A stretch of 64,000 nt of DNA from Zancudomyces culisetae HAW-14-8 (lineage: Eukaryota > Fungi > Kickxellomycota), in contig JBNJNM010000013.1 of NCBI GenBank assembly GCA_052426225.1, positions 1,736,001-1,800,000 of the forward strand. Reading direction: 5' to 3'. The position numbers and the translations under genes were made by a program. Positions 1 to 12,189 of the stretch are shown one piece after another (positions within the stretch are counted from its first letter, which is position 1; each line of letters starts with the position of its first letter). Below the pieces are notes generated by a model that did no database searches, was not told the origin of the DNA, and worked only from the letters and a program-made list of their open reading frames with translations.

Positions 1-580
1 GGTACACAAGCTTGCAAGTTGTGATTTTTAATAGAAGAAATAGTTATTTTATAAAGTTATTAGAGTATCAGGAATGGGGAGGGGTAAAAATAAATAAAAA
101 AACGCTAATAGAATAAACCCTTGTTATATAACTATATTGATAGATAAAGAACCTATGTTTTGCAGCAACAACGATACTTTGGTTTAGTTTTTTTTCCTTT
201 TTTTTTCAGCGCTACCCATATAATCGATGGATACAAGGTATATTTTTTTCTTCCAGAAATATACACATATGGTAATTTAAACTGTAAAACGAATCTTCCC
301 CGCCCTTGACCTTAGGCCAATTAGGGAAAATGAGCCGAATACACATGAAATAATACAATTCCTGGAAACGATGTACAAAACAGAAAAAAAAAACTCACTT
401 TGGTAAGTAAAAACAGTGAAGAGAGGACCTGAAAGCGGATAGTTGTAGTAGATGGTGATAATAATGGACAAAAAAAGAAAACAGGAATTCCCTGAAAACA
501 AGGAAGAAAGGAATGGGGAAATAAGATATTTATTATAAAGAGATTCTAAAAGAAAAGAAAAGAAAAGAAAAGAAAGAAAT

Positions 581-1816
581 TTATTTAGAGTTATGGTACT
601 GGTCCAAAAGCTTGGAAACATTGTCGATATATTGGTCAGTGGTGACATAGTGTTCAGGCTTGAGGTCCTTAGCACCATGGATTGAGAGAGCGAGATCTTT
701 GGTCATGATGTTATCATTTTGTACAGAGTCGATACAAGCAGCCTCGAGGTTTTTGGCAAAGCGTTCAAGAGCAGGGTTGGAGTCAAGTTTGGCACGGTGG
801 AGGAGTCCACGGGTCCAGGCAAAGATGGAGGCAATTGGGTTTGTTGAGGTAGGATTTCCCTTTTGGTACTCGCGGTAATGGCGGGTAACGGTTCCGTGGG
901 CAGCTTCGGACTCGATGGTCTTGCCATCAGGGCAGTAGAGGACGGAGGTCATGAGGCCTAGAGAGCCAAAGCCCTGGGCAACAGAGTCGGATTGGACATC
1001 GCCGTCGTAGTTCTTGCAGGCCCAGATGAAGCCGCCATCGGATTTGAGGGATTGGGCAACAATGTCGTCGATTAGACGATGTTCGTACCAAATCTTGTTT
1101 TCTTCAAACTGGGGTTTGTATTGTTCGTAGACTTCGGCAAAGATATCTTTGAAGCGGCCGTCGTACTTTTTGAGGATGGTGTTCTTGGTGGAAAGATACA
1201 GAGGCATCTTGCGGCTGATAGCTAGCTGGAAGCAGCTGTGAGCAAAGCCATAGATGGATTCGTCCACGTTGAAGGTAGCCATTCCAACACCTTGACCTTG
1301 GAATTGGTACACAATGTTGCGGATTGGCTCGCTGCCGTCCTCAGGAGTGAATACGACTTCGAACTTTCCTGGGCGATCGGCAACAAAGTCAAAGGCCTTG
1401 TACTGGTCGCCAAAAGCGTGACGGCCAATGATGATGGGCTTCTTCCATCCAGGAATTATGCGTGGAACATTCTCAAGCACAATTGGCTCGCGGAAGATGG
1501 TTCCGTTGAGAATGTTTCTGATGGTTCCGTTTGGTGACTTCCACATTTGCTTGAGGTTGAATTCTTTGACGCGGGCTTCGTCTGGTGTGATTGTTGCACA
1601 CTTGATTCCTACATTGTACTTCTTGATTGCCTCTGCCGCATCTACTGTCACCTGGTCATTTGTTTGATCTCTGTATTCAATTCCCAGATCGAAATACTTG
1701 ATGTCAATATCCAAGTATGGGAGAATAAGCTTGTCCTTGATCTTTTGCCAGATTATTCTGGTCATTTCATCTCCGTCCAATTCCACTACTGGTTGGTCTA
1801 CCTTGATTTTTGTCAT
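581..1816 (-). CDS. IDP1: NADP-dependent isocitrate dehydrogenase, core coding exon (predicted cytosolic isoform starts at ATG 1816, [18 protein letters not shown])
   Basis: Motifs [55 protein letters not shown]; biased codon usage. The ORF-track start at 1840 is a TTG upstream of a splice acceptor (CAAATAG, ending 1825). Confidence 0.97.
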   Translation of the reverse strand: MTKIKVDQPVVELDGDEMTRIIWQKIKDKLILPYLDIDIKYFDLGIEYRDQTNDQVTVDAAEAIKKYNVGIKCATITPDEARVKEFNLKQMWKSPNGTIRNILNGTIFREPIVLENVPRIIPGWKKPIIIGRHAFGDQYKAFDFVADRPGKFEVVFTPEDGSEPIRNIVYQFQGQGVGMATFNVDESIYGFAHSCFQLAISRKMPLYLSTKNTILKKYDGRFKDIFAEVYEQYKPQFEENKIWYEHRLIDDIVAQSLKSDGGFIWACKNYDGDVQSDSVAQGFGSLGLMTSVLYCPDGKTIESEAAHGTVTRHYREYQKGNPTSTNPIASIFAWTRGLLHRAKLDSNPALERFAKNLEAACIDSVQNDNIMTKDLALSIHGAKDLKPEHYVTTDQYIDNVSKLLDQYHNSK

Positions 1817-2072
1817 TTCTCTCACTATTTGTTTTAACAATATTTACCATCTTAATATTTTTTCTTCTTCCCAATTTTAAATTACAAATTTCCCTCACAT
1901 TGATACAAAAAATAAAGTATGTGGAATGAATCAAAAATATTTTGACACATCAAAAAATTTATGTCTGTATAGCCCAACTCCGCGCACCATCATGCGTATA
2001 GAAAGGCAACAATAAAATACCCTCCTCTTTCCCTTCCCTACTCCACGCTTTATAATATTAATTCAGCCTTAC

Positions 2073-2157
2073 TTCAATTCGCTTTTTGTTGTTGGTGTAA
2101 AAAAAAAAGCTCAGAGACACGTTATCCCAGATTGTTTTTTAGTATAAAAATTATATA
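2073..2157 (-). promoter_or_regulatory. Proximal IDH promoter (TATATAA 2157-2151) and ATG-free first exon ending at donor GAA|GTAAGG (2073/2072)
   Basis: TATA-like element, ATG-free leader, good donor; a 248-nt intron (2072-1825) would remove an out-of-frame ATG at 1850. Confidence 0.6.
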
Positions 2158-4752
2158 GAGCCTTATTTCTGAAACTTTGTCCAAAGAAAAGCACAAGGTA
2201 AAAAAATACAAGTCTTGCAAGTGTTATTATATATTTTTTGTTTTATTTTTTGTTTTGTTTGGTCTTGTTTCGCTTGGGTTTTTTTTAAAAAATAATTTTT
2301 TTAATTTTTTTCTGGTAACAAAATTAATTCAAAATTTGGTGGTTCTCATTATCAATAATAACATTTTTTTTGTTTTCCAATAAATTGTTATTGATTTGCG
2401 TGCTAGACACTTTACACCATTGAAAATTTTTTAGTATTGGTGGATTAAATGATTCAATGAACGAGATACCATAAAATCCACATTCTTTCATTTAAAAAAA
2501 GATGCTCATAATACACTCGTGTATATACACCAGTTTATCTATATAAATGCATACATAAAACTATGCTTTATTAAGCACTGATTGCAAGAAGTGTAGCATG
2601 TAAAGCATATCTATCTCTCTCTAAATAGCCAAATCTTCATCCCTCCCTCCTCTTCTCCCATCTCTTCCATTCAAACATAAAGTGGTGATTTGAAGGAGAG
2701 AAAAAAGTTGAAGATTGCGATGACGTTTTACATAAAAATAAACACAGTCTTCAACTATCTCACTATTTACTCTAATTGGAGATTAAGGCAAAATTGGTAA
2801 ATTACCATAAACCAGCCCCAGCAATAGGCAAAGAAACTAAAGATAAATGGCAGCTGAGGCGCTTGCATCATTCTATTTGAATCTGATGACTTGGAAGGAA
2901 CAAAGAGAATCCGATGGGATGGGATGGGAAGAAGTAAATTCAGTAAAATTAAAACTGCGAAATTTACTAAAATTCCAATCATAGCCAATTTCATGTGGAT
3001 GAAATTAGTAACAAACATGATACCAATAATAAAAACGCACGGTTAACTGATTTATGACCAATAGAACTCTGGCGATAAAATCGGTTCTAGTTACAAACTG
3101 AGTTGGAAAGTAATTGGCCCATGCCAGTTATCAAAAGAAAAAAAAAGCTTAGCAAAGCAATGGCGACCTTGAGAAAAATATTAAGGAATCATTTTATCAT
3201 TTTGCCATGCTTGTCTAAAAAGCAAGACCCCGGACAAAACAAAGGAGTGTTTTTTTTAGATTGTTTAAATGAAACAAATAAAAATTAAGTTTTATACACC
3301 TGAAATATTCTTTTTTGGACTATGATTAACCGATATTGCAAGTATGAGTTTCGGTGGAAATGAAATACAACAAATAGTATGCAAACCATAATCTGTTAAG
3401 GACCATAAATAAAACACTTGCTTCAACGCCGTGAAAATCAAGCGATGGAGAATAAAATTGTAATGTAAACAAAAGAATAAGGCTGCTTTTTCAATTACAA
3501 ATCAAACTCAACCTCAGTTTCCATCACCTTTCCAAATACACAGCACAACACAATACAACTCATTCCCGTATAAAAACCTCTAATTAGGTTTTTATAACAC
3601 CATAGGAAATGCCATACGCCAAAAAACAAAGCAAAAATAAAAGACAACTCCTTTGTGTTGGGTGTTATGAGACCTGGTATGCCGGAAAAGCTACTCCTTG
3701 TCTGATCAAAGTTTCAGCTTATAAGCTTAGAAGGGGGGGGGGATGATGTTTTCAAAACAAAATAAGGCAAAACATAAAACAATAGTGGCAAGGTATTAGA
3801 TGCGGAACAGCCAAAGGCATCAATACACAAAAGTCTAGGTAAAAAAAGTCCGACTTGAAACAAAGTACATTTGACACTGCGCCCTTTTCGGTTTGTTTCA
3901 TAAAAAAGGTTAATAAAAAATATTCAAACCAAACCAAACCTCAAAAGTTCGTGGGGAATAAAGAAAATGAAGAGCGAAAAAATAACAGGATGTATGATTG
4001 TATAATCTCAAGCCTCCCTCAAGTGAAGACGTATGGGGGGGATAGAAGTATTCCATAAAAAAAGACACATCTTCATTTAATATATTCCTTTTCTTAAAAT
4101 AATTATCCACTCACCTACTTTTGCTATCCAAGAACCATTCTGTACTTTTTAAAAAAACAAGTGTGTTCATCCCCACATCGCTTATCATAAGAAAAGAATC
4201 CCGTTTACTGGAGAAAAAATGTATTATCCCCGGGTATCAAAGTATAACAGAATACCACCCCGTTCTGTCTATCCCACCTTTATTTATAGAGCTGAATAAA
4301 GTTAGAATCACAACAAAGTTTCTGAAATTTTTGATCCTAGGGCAAAAGTCTTTTCACTCAAAAAAAGTATATGTATCATATACATTAGCAAAGTGCCCAC
4401 TTTATAAAACAACAGAAAATCACTACACAGCCTTGACAACCCCATCACACATTTAACTACATAATTAATGCCAATACAAAGAGAAAAAAGCGACACTGCA
4501 AGTAGTATTTAAAGTAGAAATCCTGTGAAATATGAGGTCGAATTTATAAAAAAGTATACTCGACACCAAATATACGGTAAATAAAAAAGAAAAGTACAGC
4601 CAGCTGAGTACCAAATAATGTTGGTAGTAAATAAATAGGCAGATAAGTAGGCAGGTAAATGAATGGTGATATATAAAATCCAGCTGAAAACAACTGTATT
4701 ATTGATGAAAAAAGGAAACCACATGGGCTTGAAAATAAACAAATATACTTAC

Positions 4753-4846
4753 AATGAACAAAGTTCGAGAAATAACGTGTTGTTGAGCCGGTAATTGGTG
4801 CTCGGCGTGCCGAATTTTTGATTGAGTTTCGTACAATCGAAAACAT
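4753..4846 (-). CDS. IDP1: Distal alternative first exon of the IDH gene encoding a mitochondrial presequence (MFSIVRNSIKNSARRAPITGSTTRYFSNFVH)
   Basis: AAAATG start context; Arg/Ser/Thr-rich with no acidic residues; R-Y-F|S cleavage motif; perfect GTAAGT donor in phase 1 that joins in frame to the phase-1 acceptor at 1825/1824 (H-L-R-E-M-T-K-I-K). Confidence 0.8.
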
Positions 4847-6082
4847 TTTGAATTTCTACGTTGATTGATTCTTACTTTTCTTTTCTACTCGGTAGGATAG
4901 TTGTAAAATAAAAACTGTAAGATTTTCGAGAAGCATTTCAAATTCCAGAAATGCGAATGGGTCCTTATTACAAGACAATTAATGTTAAAAGGCAAATCGT
5001 GGGTTTTAGTCCGTAATACTTTTGCACGAAATTTCAATGCTGAATTAGCTGAAGTAACAGAGTGAAATACATCCAAACGAATGGCTGAAATATAATATTG
5101 TATCCATGGAAACATACTGAGAATCTAAATACATAACCGATATTGAGAGAGGACTTACTTTGCTGATAAGACAAATCTGAATTGTATAAGGTTTTTCCTA
5201 TGTGATACTTTGGTCAAAACTAGGAAATATACTAAAAGATATTTGGGATGTTCCGTACCAAGAGTTTTGTTTTAGTTTGGGTTTTTAGCAGCCCGACTTT
5301 AAATAATTAAATTAATGAATAACTAGTGTCTAGTTATCTGGATGGTTTGAAAAAATTTTATAGGCATAAAATGGGCCAAATTGTCTAACATTTTGTTTTG
5401 GAAATCAAACAAAGCTAGTTTTATGAGATACCCAATACTTTTTTATTTTTTTTGATGCGTTTGTAGATATTGTGATTTAAACACAATTATTATCTCCTTT
5501 ATTGGTGCTGGAAAAAAGTATATACAGTATTATAGCAGTTTGGCAATGATAAAAATTCTGATATCACAGCATTTGAATGTGAAAAATAAGTGGACTAAGA
5601 AAAATTTTATAAATTATACAAAAAGTCCGTCAATAAAATACTATACTATTCAATAAAAATTCGAGATTATTGGTACATTTTATTTAATTCTAATCTGATT
5701 CAGATAATTATTAGTTTACAAAGTTTAGTGACTAACAATTTGCACACATTACAAAATCAGTAAAATAAAAAAAATAGTAATACATTCAGCAGGTTGTACC
5801 AAGTTATAGAATACAAGATGGTTGATATTGTGATCAAAGATAAGGATGTTTTTAAAGGATGAAGAATACAGAGAAAATTAATAAACTATATTGGATGTAT
5901 TTGCCGAAAAATGAGCCATTGGTCTTGAAAGAATTACAAAAGAACGCGAATTAAACCTCACTCATCCACACTTTATTTCTCCTTGTGCAAAAGAAAAAGC
6001 GTGGAAAAGCATGCCTAGTTCATAAAGGACGATTATAGAAAACTGATCATAGATATTTGGGGAGAAAGAAGGAGAAGGATAA

Positions 6083-6114
6083 GGGGGAAGGGGGAAGGGG
6101 GAAGGGGGAAGGGG
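6083..6114 (+). repeat. (GGGGAA)n hexamer microsatellite
   Basis: About 5 tandem GGGGAA units downstream of the AARSD1 stop. Confidence 0.85.
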
Positions 6115-6208
6115 ATAGATTTGAAACTAACAGCATAAAATAGACATCAAATGTAAATCCTGAAAATATAAAATATAGAAAACAAAATAGATCAAGCACA
6201 AAAAGCAA

Positions 6209-7910
6209 TCAACCCAGTTTTTCCAGAGCAGCATGTAGTTTATCTAATCCTTTCCAGCTACTAGATTTTCCCTGCCATTTGCAGCCTCTACCACCACCCT
6301 TGAGCCCAGAAACCATTTCAGCTGCCACATCAGCGCATTTCTTAACCAACGAATCCTGGTTGCCTACAATAAACACGGGGCCACCATCATTAGTAGAACC
6401 GGCAGAGACAACAACACAAAATGGTCGCTGTGTAGCATCCCCATTACTTTTGATGTATCTGTCGAGCTCAGAGGCAATGACGTGAACATAATCCAAGTTT
6501 CCACTTTCATAGTGATGAGAAATGATTGTGCTGGCATCGCCATTATCACTATTTCCACTGGTGAGTTTTTGTATCATTCCCTGGGCTGTAGACATAGCAA
6601 AGTCCTTTAGGATATTTCGAATGGTTTTGTTCATTTCGCGCTGCTGCTTGTTGAGTCTTGTGACTGCATCAGGATGCCTTTCTGGTGCGTCTGAAAGCAG
6701 AATGCTGAGCTTTTTCTCATTTCCAAGTGAAAAGTGGAAAGCATCAATGACTCGTTGACCTACATAGAATGGCACTTTGATGTTTCCACCACGAACGTTC
6801 TCATGGATTCCGAGCTTTACACAAAGAAGGTCGGAAAGTGACTTTACGTGGGTTCCGCAACAAGGGTTATCATCAATCGAATCAATTATTACATTTCGGA
6901 TAAACCCACCCACATAGTCCTTGGGTAGTGATTCGGGTCTGTTCTCCTCGGAAAATTCTACTGTCTTTACTGTAACGGGAGTTCCTTTCATAATTGCCTC
7001 ATTACAACGTCTTTCAACTTCTAGCAATAGTTTTTCATCGACTTTTGTATTTTTATCCAACATTTTTAGTTCGACATAGCTTTTGCTCTTTCCCAATTCC
7101 CAGGACACCGTATCAAGTTTGTAAGTATCAAATATTGCACTTATCAAATGTTGACCTAGAGTTATAAATACATTATTATACATTTGTAGTCTAATCCACG
7201 ACAATAGCAGTAGTTTAAAAGCAAATAGGGGGAAGAAGAAGAGGAACCCACTGTGTAAAACAAAAGCAAAAACATCAACTTTGTTTGAGTTTTGAAAAGA
7301 AAATAGTAAGGAATAGAAACAGAAACTCACCAGAATGCTGCTGCATATGATCCCAGCGTCGCTTGAAATCCAGTTCAACTTTTACTTTGTCACCGATTTC
7401 AAACTTTTTTGGGGATACATGCACTGCACTAAGTCCAGTCCTAAACACTTTTAATATTTCAACTCCATTGATCGTTCCGTAATCATTTGGCTATAAAAAA
7501 TAAGAGAATTTATACTCCTTGATGATTTAATTCTGTGACAATATAACATTTTTCTAAAGAAATGCATGTTTCAGAATATCAATATAATTTATATAATACC
7601 TGTCCTCCTCCTTCAGGAAATAAGACTAAATTTTGATGAATACGATACAATGTCAGTTATGTATGAACTTGTGTAAATATTTTTTACTTTTACATATATA
7701 CACTAGTAAATTAGAGTACAAATGTATAAACTAGTAAATGCGAGAGAATGAAAAGGGGAACATACTGGTATCCTCAAGAATGACTTCATAATTTTCCTCC
7801 TCTGCCTTTGGTTTTATACAGCTAGCGACTCTCGTTTCCAGTATTTTTGTGTACGGGCTGATTTGGCACATCAAGAGCCCTACTGGTTTTGGTGTTATTG
7901 CGACCGACAT
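6209..7910 (-). CDS. AARSD1: Alanyl-tRNA editing protein (AlaX/AARSD1); exons 7910-7766, 7625-7600, 7490-7331, 7155-6209
   Basis: Spliced product has LEDT-ILFPEGGGQ-PNDYG, RWDHMQQHSGQHL (HxxxH), NPCCGTHV (CxxxH) and C-terminal KGGG; GT-AG introns keep frame. Confidence 0.93.
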
Positions 7911-8662
7911 TGTTCGATAATGTGTAGCTATTCCACTAAAATCTGATTGTTTCTTTTTAGATAAAACAGAAAATGAGTTACAAAATAGATAATAAAAGCA
8001 AAGCAAAGCAAAGCAGCAATGAAAATATGAGGAGTGGGGAAATGGAGAAAGGGGATTGAGTAAAATAAAGCAAAAAAGGGAAAAATAGGAAAAACGCTTG
8101 GATCCGAAAAATGTGATTAAATTAGTTGATTTGTAGATCCGGTTTGCAAAAATAGGTCTGAAATGGATAGTTTCGCAAATGTAAGCCACTGGTGGGTTAG
8201 TAGTTAGGGAGACGGGAAGGGGAAAGGGAAAGGGAAAGGGAAGAAAGAGAGTTTATTTCAGGGCTTGACAGAAAGGGTGATAGGAAACAAAAGGGGACGT
8301 AATTAAAAGAAAATGAATTTATAGGGGAACGAAACAGAAGGCTCAGAAATAGCTGGAGAATATTTGGACCTGAGTTACTGTCGCAGCTTTGCCCATACCT
8401 TTTTTTCCTGCCTTTCCAAAAACAAAAACAAAAACAAAAACAAATGTGGAAAATGAAAAAGATGTTTGAAATAAAACAAAATGAAAGCTTGACTGTTGTT
8501 TAACAAAAGATGAAATACAATTCTGTAAATGAAAAAACAAAACAGATAAGTTGGAAATTAAATAGCCAGAAAGGCAAAGGGATGATATCGAAAGTTACAA
8601 ATTTGAACAAAAAAAAAGAATAAAGTAAAGATAATTCTATCCCCTCGTCAATCCATATCTAA

Positions 8663-9745
8663 CTATAACGAGACAGCAGGATTGGAAGAGTCGGCTTTTG
8701 AGGACTCGGAAACAAAAGCAGAGTTATTTACAAGAGATTCAGCCTCAGATTCGGCCTTGACGGCGGCACTAGTGCCATTTGTGGTGACTGTAGAAGTTGA
8801 GGATAGTGCGGAATCTGCGGGATTGGAATCTGTTGATGCAGACTTGGAGGAAGATTTGGTCGTGGTGGCTTGTGGAAGCTCGCCTCTCTTTTCTAGCTCT
8901 GCAATTTCTGCAGCAGTTAAAAACCGCCCACCAGGGCCTCGGGGTCTTCGCATTGCATGTCTATGTCGAGATTCGTGGAGATATGGTTTTCGTTTAATAT
9001 TCATTTTGTTTTCGGCTGCCATTCGTGCGCGGGCTTCTCTGCGCTTTAGGATGCGGTGATATTGTTTTGCATTCACATACATGGGTTCTTCTTCACGCTG
9101 CCCACTGGCTGCTGCTGCTGCTGCAATTGCTGCTGCAGTTGGATCTTCAAACCCACCAAGTCCCATAGTTAGACCTGGCTGGCCCTGAATTCCTGTTCCG
9201 TTCAGTTTTGGGTTTCCTCGAAGGTGGGATGCTACACCGGCGGTTTGACCAGGCTATTGTTGTTATATGAGTATGATGTTTGTTGGTTTTCACTAGATTT
9301 TCGATGTTCACTCGTTAAATATAGCTGGAATAGAACATGTCAAAATAAAAATCTTGATTAACTCTAGTGCAAGAGCATGTTTATTCTGGGTGCGATATAC
9401 ACAAAGTGTAAAAAGCAATAATGATGTCTAAATAGTACAAATAGTTTGACTTACGAAGCTGACTGAGGGATCACCCATCTGATATTGATATTGTTGTGCT
9501 GTCTATAACAAATTAAGATTTGGTAAGCATTTATACATCATATTCCAAAGGTACAACTCTCCTCTTCCTTCCCAATTGCTGCTAGATAGAGCTTAGAAAT
9601 AAAAAAGGAAGGATGAGGAGGGGGGGGGACCAAGATTACAAAATAAAACACTTACTGCACCACCAAAACCTGTTGCTGCCGACATGTATGTTGGATAACT
9701 ACCTGGATGTGGATGTTTTTGGAAATCGTCTGATGTTTGATTCAT
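8663..9745 (-). CDS. HAP2: CCAAT-binding factor subunit HAP2/HapB/NF-YA; exons 9745-9656, 9502-9455, 9253-8663
   Basis: EEPMYVNAKQYHRILKRREAR...KPYLHESRHRHAMRRPRGPGGRFLT is the NF-YA core; two phase-0 GTAAGT introns; an acceptor AG abuts the ATG, implying a 5'UTR intron (candidate donors at 9934 and 10118). Confidence 0.95.
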
Positions 9746-10295
9746 CTATTAAAAAGTAGGTGAGAATGGGGGGTGTTTAGTTTAGGTATATAACAATATA
9801 GCTGAGATTGTCCTATTTTCTTTGGAGGTTTCTTAATAAGTCTACAAGATATTTAACACCGGTGCAAGATAAAGAAATCAGAACAAGTGCACCAGCAACA
9901 TATCTCGGCAGCCCGCTTATAGGCCCAAACTTACTCACTCAAGCCCTCAATACCGCTTCTGGATCAAAGGTGTATTGAAAAAGAAAAGTATAAACGCGAT
10001 AAACGACAACTTTGTTGGTTGGCTGCTTTCGCGTACTGTTTAAATTAGTTTACAGTGCAAAAGAGAAAAAACAACAAAAGTTTTTTTTTTACACTAACCA
10101 AAGCCCTCGATTGCTTACCTTTTTGAAGTGTTCTGGATATTTTCAAAGTAGTTCTATTCGATGAGTTGTAGGAGTTCACTCTTAATAGCGAATGGTTCGA
10201 GTCGTAAAATTTACTATAAAAATTTTTTCTTTATTTTATTCAAGTATTATTTGTTTGCTTGCTAAAGAAGACTTGAAAGCGCTATCTTATAGGTG

Positions 10296-10871
10296 CCAAT
10301 TGAGCTTGAAATTTCTTGGTAATTATTGTCGAAGAAAAAAAAGCGATAATAAGCTTAAGCTAATCAATTTGATTAAAAAAAATAAAAGGTTGTTATTGCT
10401 TTCTAGCGAATAAGTTAAGCTGGCTGTATGGATTGAAAAATATTTAACGAGGAATAAAACGCTAAAATTGGCAAAATGTGAATACCAAATGAAATTACGT
10501 TTCTTAGTATTTATATCTTTATAAAGTGCTGTATAACAACATCTTAATTAACTCCACCAATTTTTAGTGAATAGAATTGTATTAAAACCTGCGATGCAAA
10601 AATAGTACTACATTCAGTAACTTCAGATTAGAGAGAAAAAAAATTTTTTTTTCATGGGTTATACATTGAGTCAATTTGCTTAGCCAATAGTGTTGCTGGT
10701 GTTTTGCTTTAATTAAAGGGGTTAATAAAATGATATGGCCTCCAATCAAAACACGGGTTAATATTATTGGATAGTTATGGAAACACATTTATTGGCTGGT
10801 TTTGGTAAATATGTTGCTAATAAAAAATCCAATTAGCGTAAAAACTAATTTACATGAATAGCGTAGCCAAT
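10296..10871. promoter_or_regulatory. Cluster of nine CCAAT/ATTGG boxes upstream of HAP2
   Basis: CCAAT at 10296, 10557, 10684, 10742, 10829, 10867; ATTGG at 10467, 10766, 10791; TAGCCAATAGT occurs twice (10681, 10864). Confidence 0.7.
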
Positions 10872-12120
10872 AGTTATGTAATATTAGTTTCAATAATAGT
10901 CAAATTTTTTTAAGCAATCAATAGGCTTCAAGTGCTAAACAATTATGCACGCTGATTTGCTTATTACATTACAAAAAAAAGAGGGAGCGTACTACAATTG
11001 ACTATTTAGCGTTATTAAAAATGCAATTTTTATAGCATCAAAAAAAAAGGAGGGATATTTGTAATTAACGATACTCTGAAGTTTTCTCTCCACGTAAGCA
11101 CAAAAGGATGCTTATTTTAAGGAGAAAATGATATACTTGCAATTAAAAATGATAGAGATAATTATGCAAAAGGGATAAAAAAAAGAGGGACACAAACCTT
11201 TTCCTGGAGTCTAGTTGAGGAAAAAAAAACTCACAGAGCCGAAAATATAACCCTGGCATGTGTATTACATGGTGGGTGACCAAAAACTACTAGTGCGTTT
11301 TAGCACAGAAAAATAAACCATAATAATAGACATGTGAGATTTATAGCAACTTACAATCAGAAGCACTGCCGCTAATCAATGTTCCAAATATGAAATGAAG
11401 TTTGTTTGTGTTTTGTGTTTTGTGTTTTGTGTTCATTACAGAAATATCGTGTTAAATAGATTCTTTAAAATAGTTCTAGAATTATGTCTTTGGTATGTGT
11501 TCAGTTTGAAAAAAAAAAGTTTGAAAGTTTAAAGAGTTTTTCAGAATTAGCCAGCATGTTCATGCAGCAAGGCTCACCAGTGCTCTTTTATTTTATTTTT
11601 TAGAAAACATTTGTTGGAGAAACAGCGTATCATAGAGTAAAAATAGAAAGAAAAAGTGAGAAAAAAAAATCAGTGATTAAAAGAGGAAGTATAAAGCGCT
11701 AAAGTGGAATTTGAGAAAATTGAGAATTGCAAATTGAGAATGAAACAGTTGAACAACAACTGAAGGCAATATATTTGCAATTTTAGCTTTTGGTTAAAAA
11801 GAGGAATAAAGATGGATTGGGTTCAAATGATATTTAAAACAGATTCTGCTTTTAGAGATGCTGACTAATAAAAGTACTTCATCTCCAAATAAGGTGGATG
11901 TTGGGGGGTAAAAAGTAAATAGATGTGACCTATGGCCACAATGGCGTTTTTGATCTATTGTTATAAAAAAGAAACACTAGCTACAAACTATTGATATTTT
12001 TTCAAGAACCAGAGTTTGGGGGATTTAAACTCTGATTAGCAATAGAAAAAGTTTTTATTGAAAGTTTCTATTTAAATCAGGCAACTACTATGAAACACAG
12101 ATAAAAATAAAAAGTGAAAT

Positions 12121-12189
12121 AGAGTAAGAGGATTGGAAGAGAGTAAGAGGATTGGAAGAGAGAAAGAGGATTGGAAAAGAGAAAGAGGA
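12121..12189 (+). repeat. 19-bp minisatellite AGAG(T/A)AAGAGGATTGGAA(G/A), about 3.5 copies
   Basis: Units start at 12121, 12140, 12159, with a partial unit at 12178. Confidence 0.85.

Noticed and set aside
530-600. Cryptic peroxisomal PTS1 on IDH (ends ..HNSK*, one residue short of SKL; a pyrimidine tract and AG follow)
   Set aside because: Stop read-through or splicing to the downstream AG ends in ..ISL*, which is not a PTS1, and the stop is TAA-ATT rather than a read-through context.
2177-4500. Short ORFs inside the long IDH intron and other intergenic regions
   Set aside because: Low-complexity F/L/K/I-rich translations with no motifs or codon bias; no tRNA, snRNA or transposon signature was recognised by eye.
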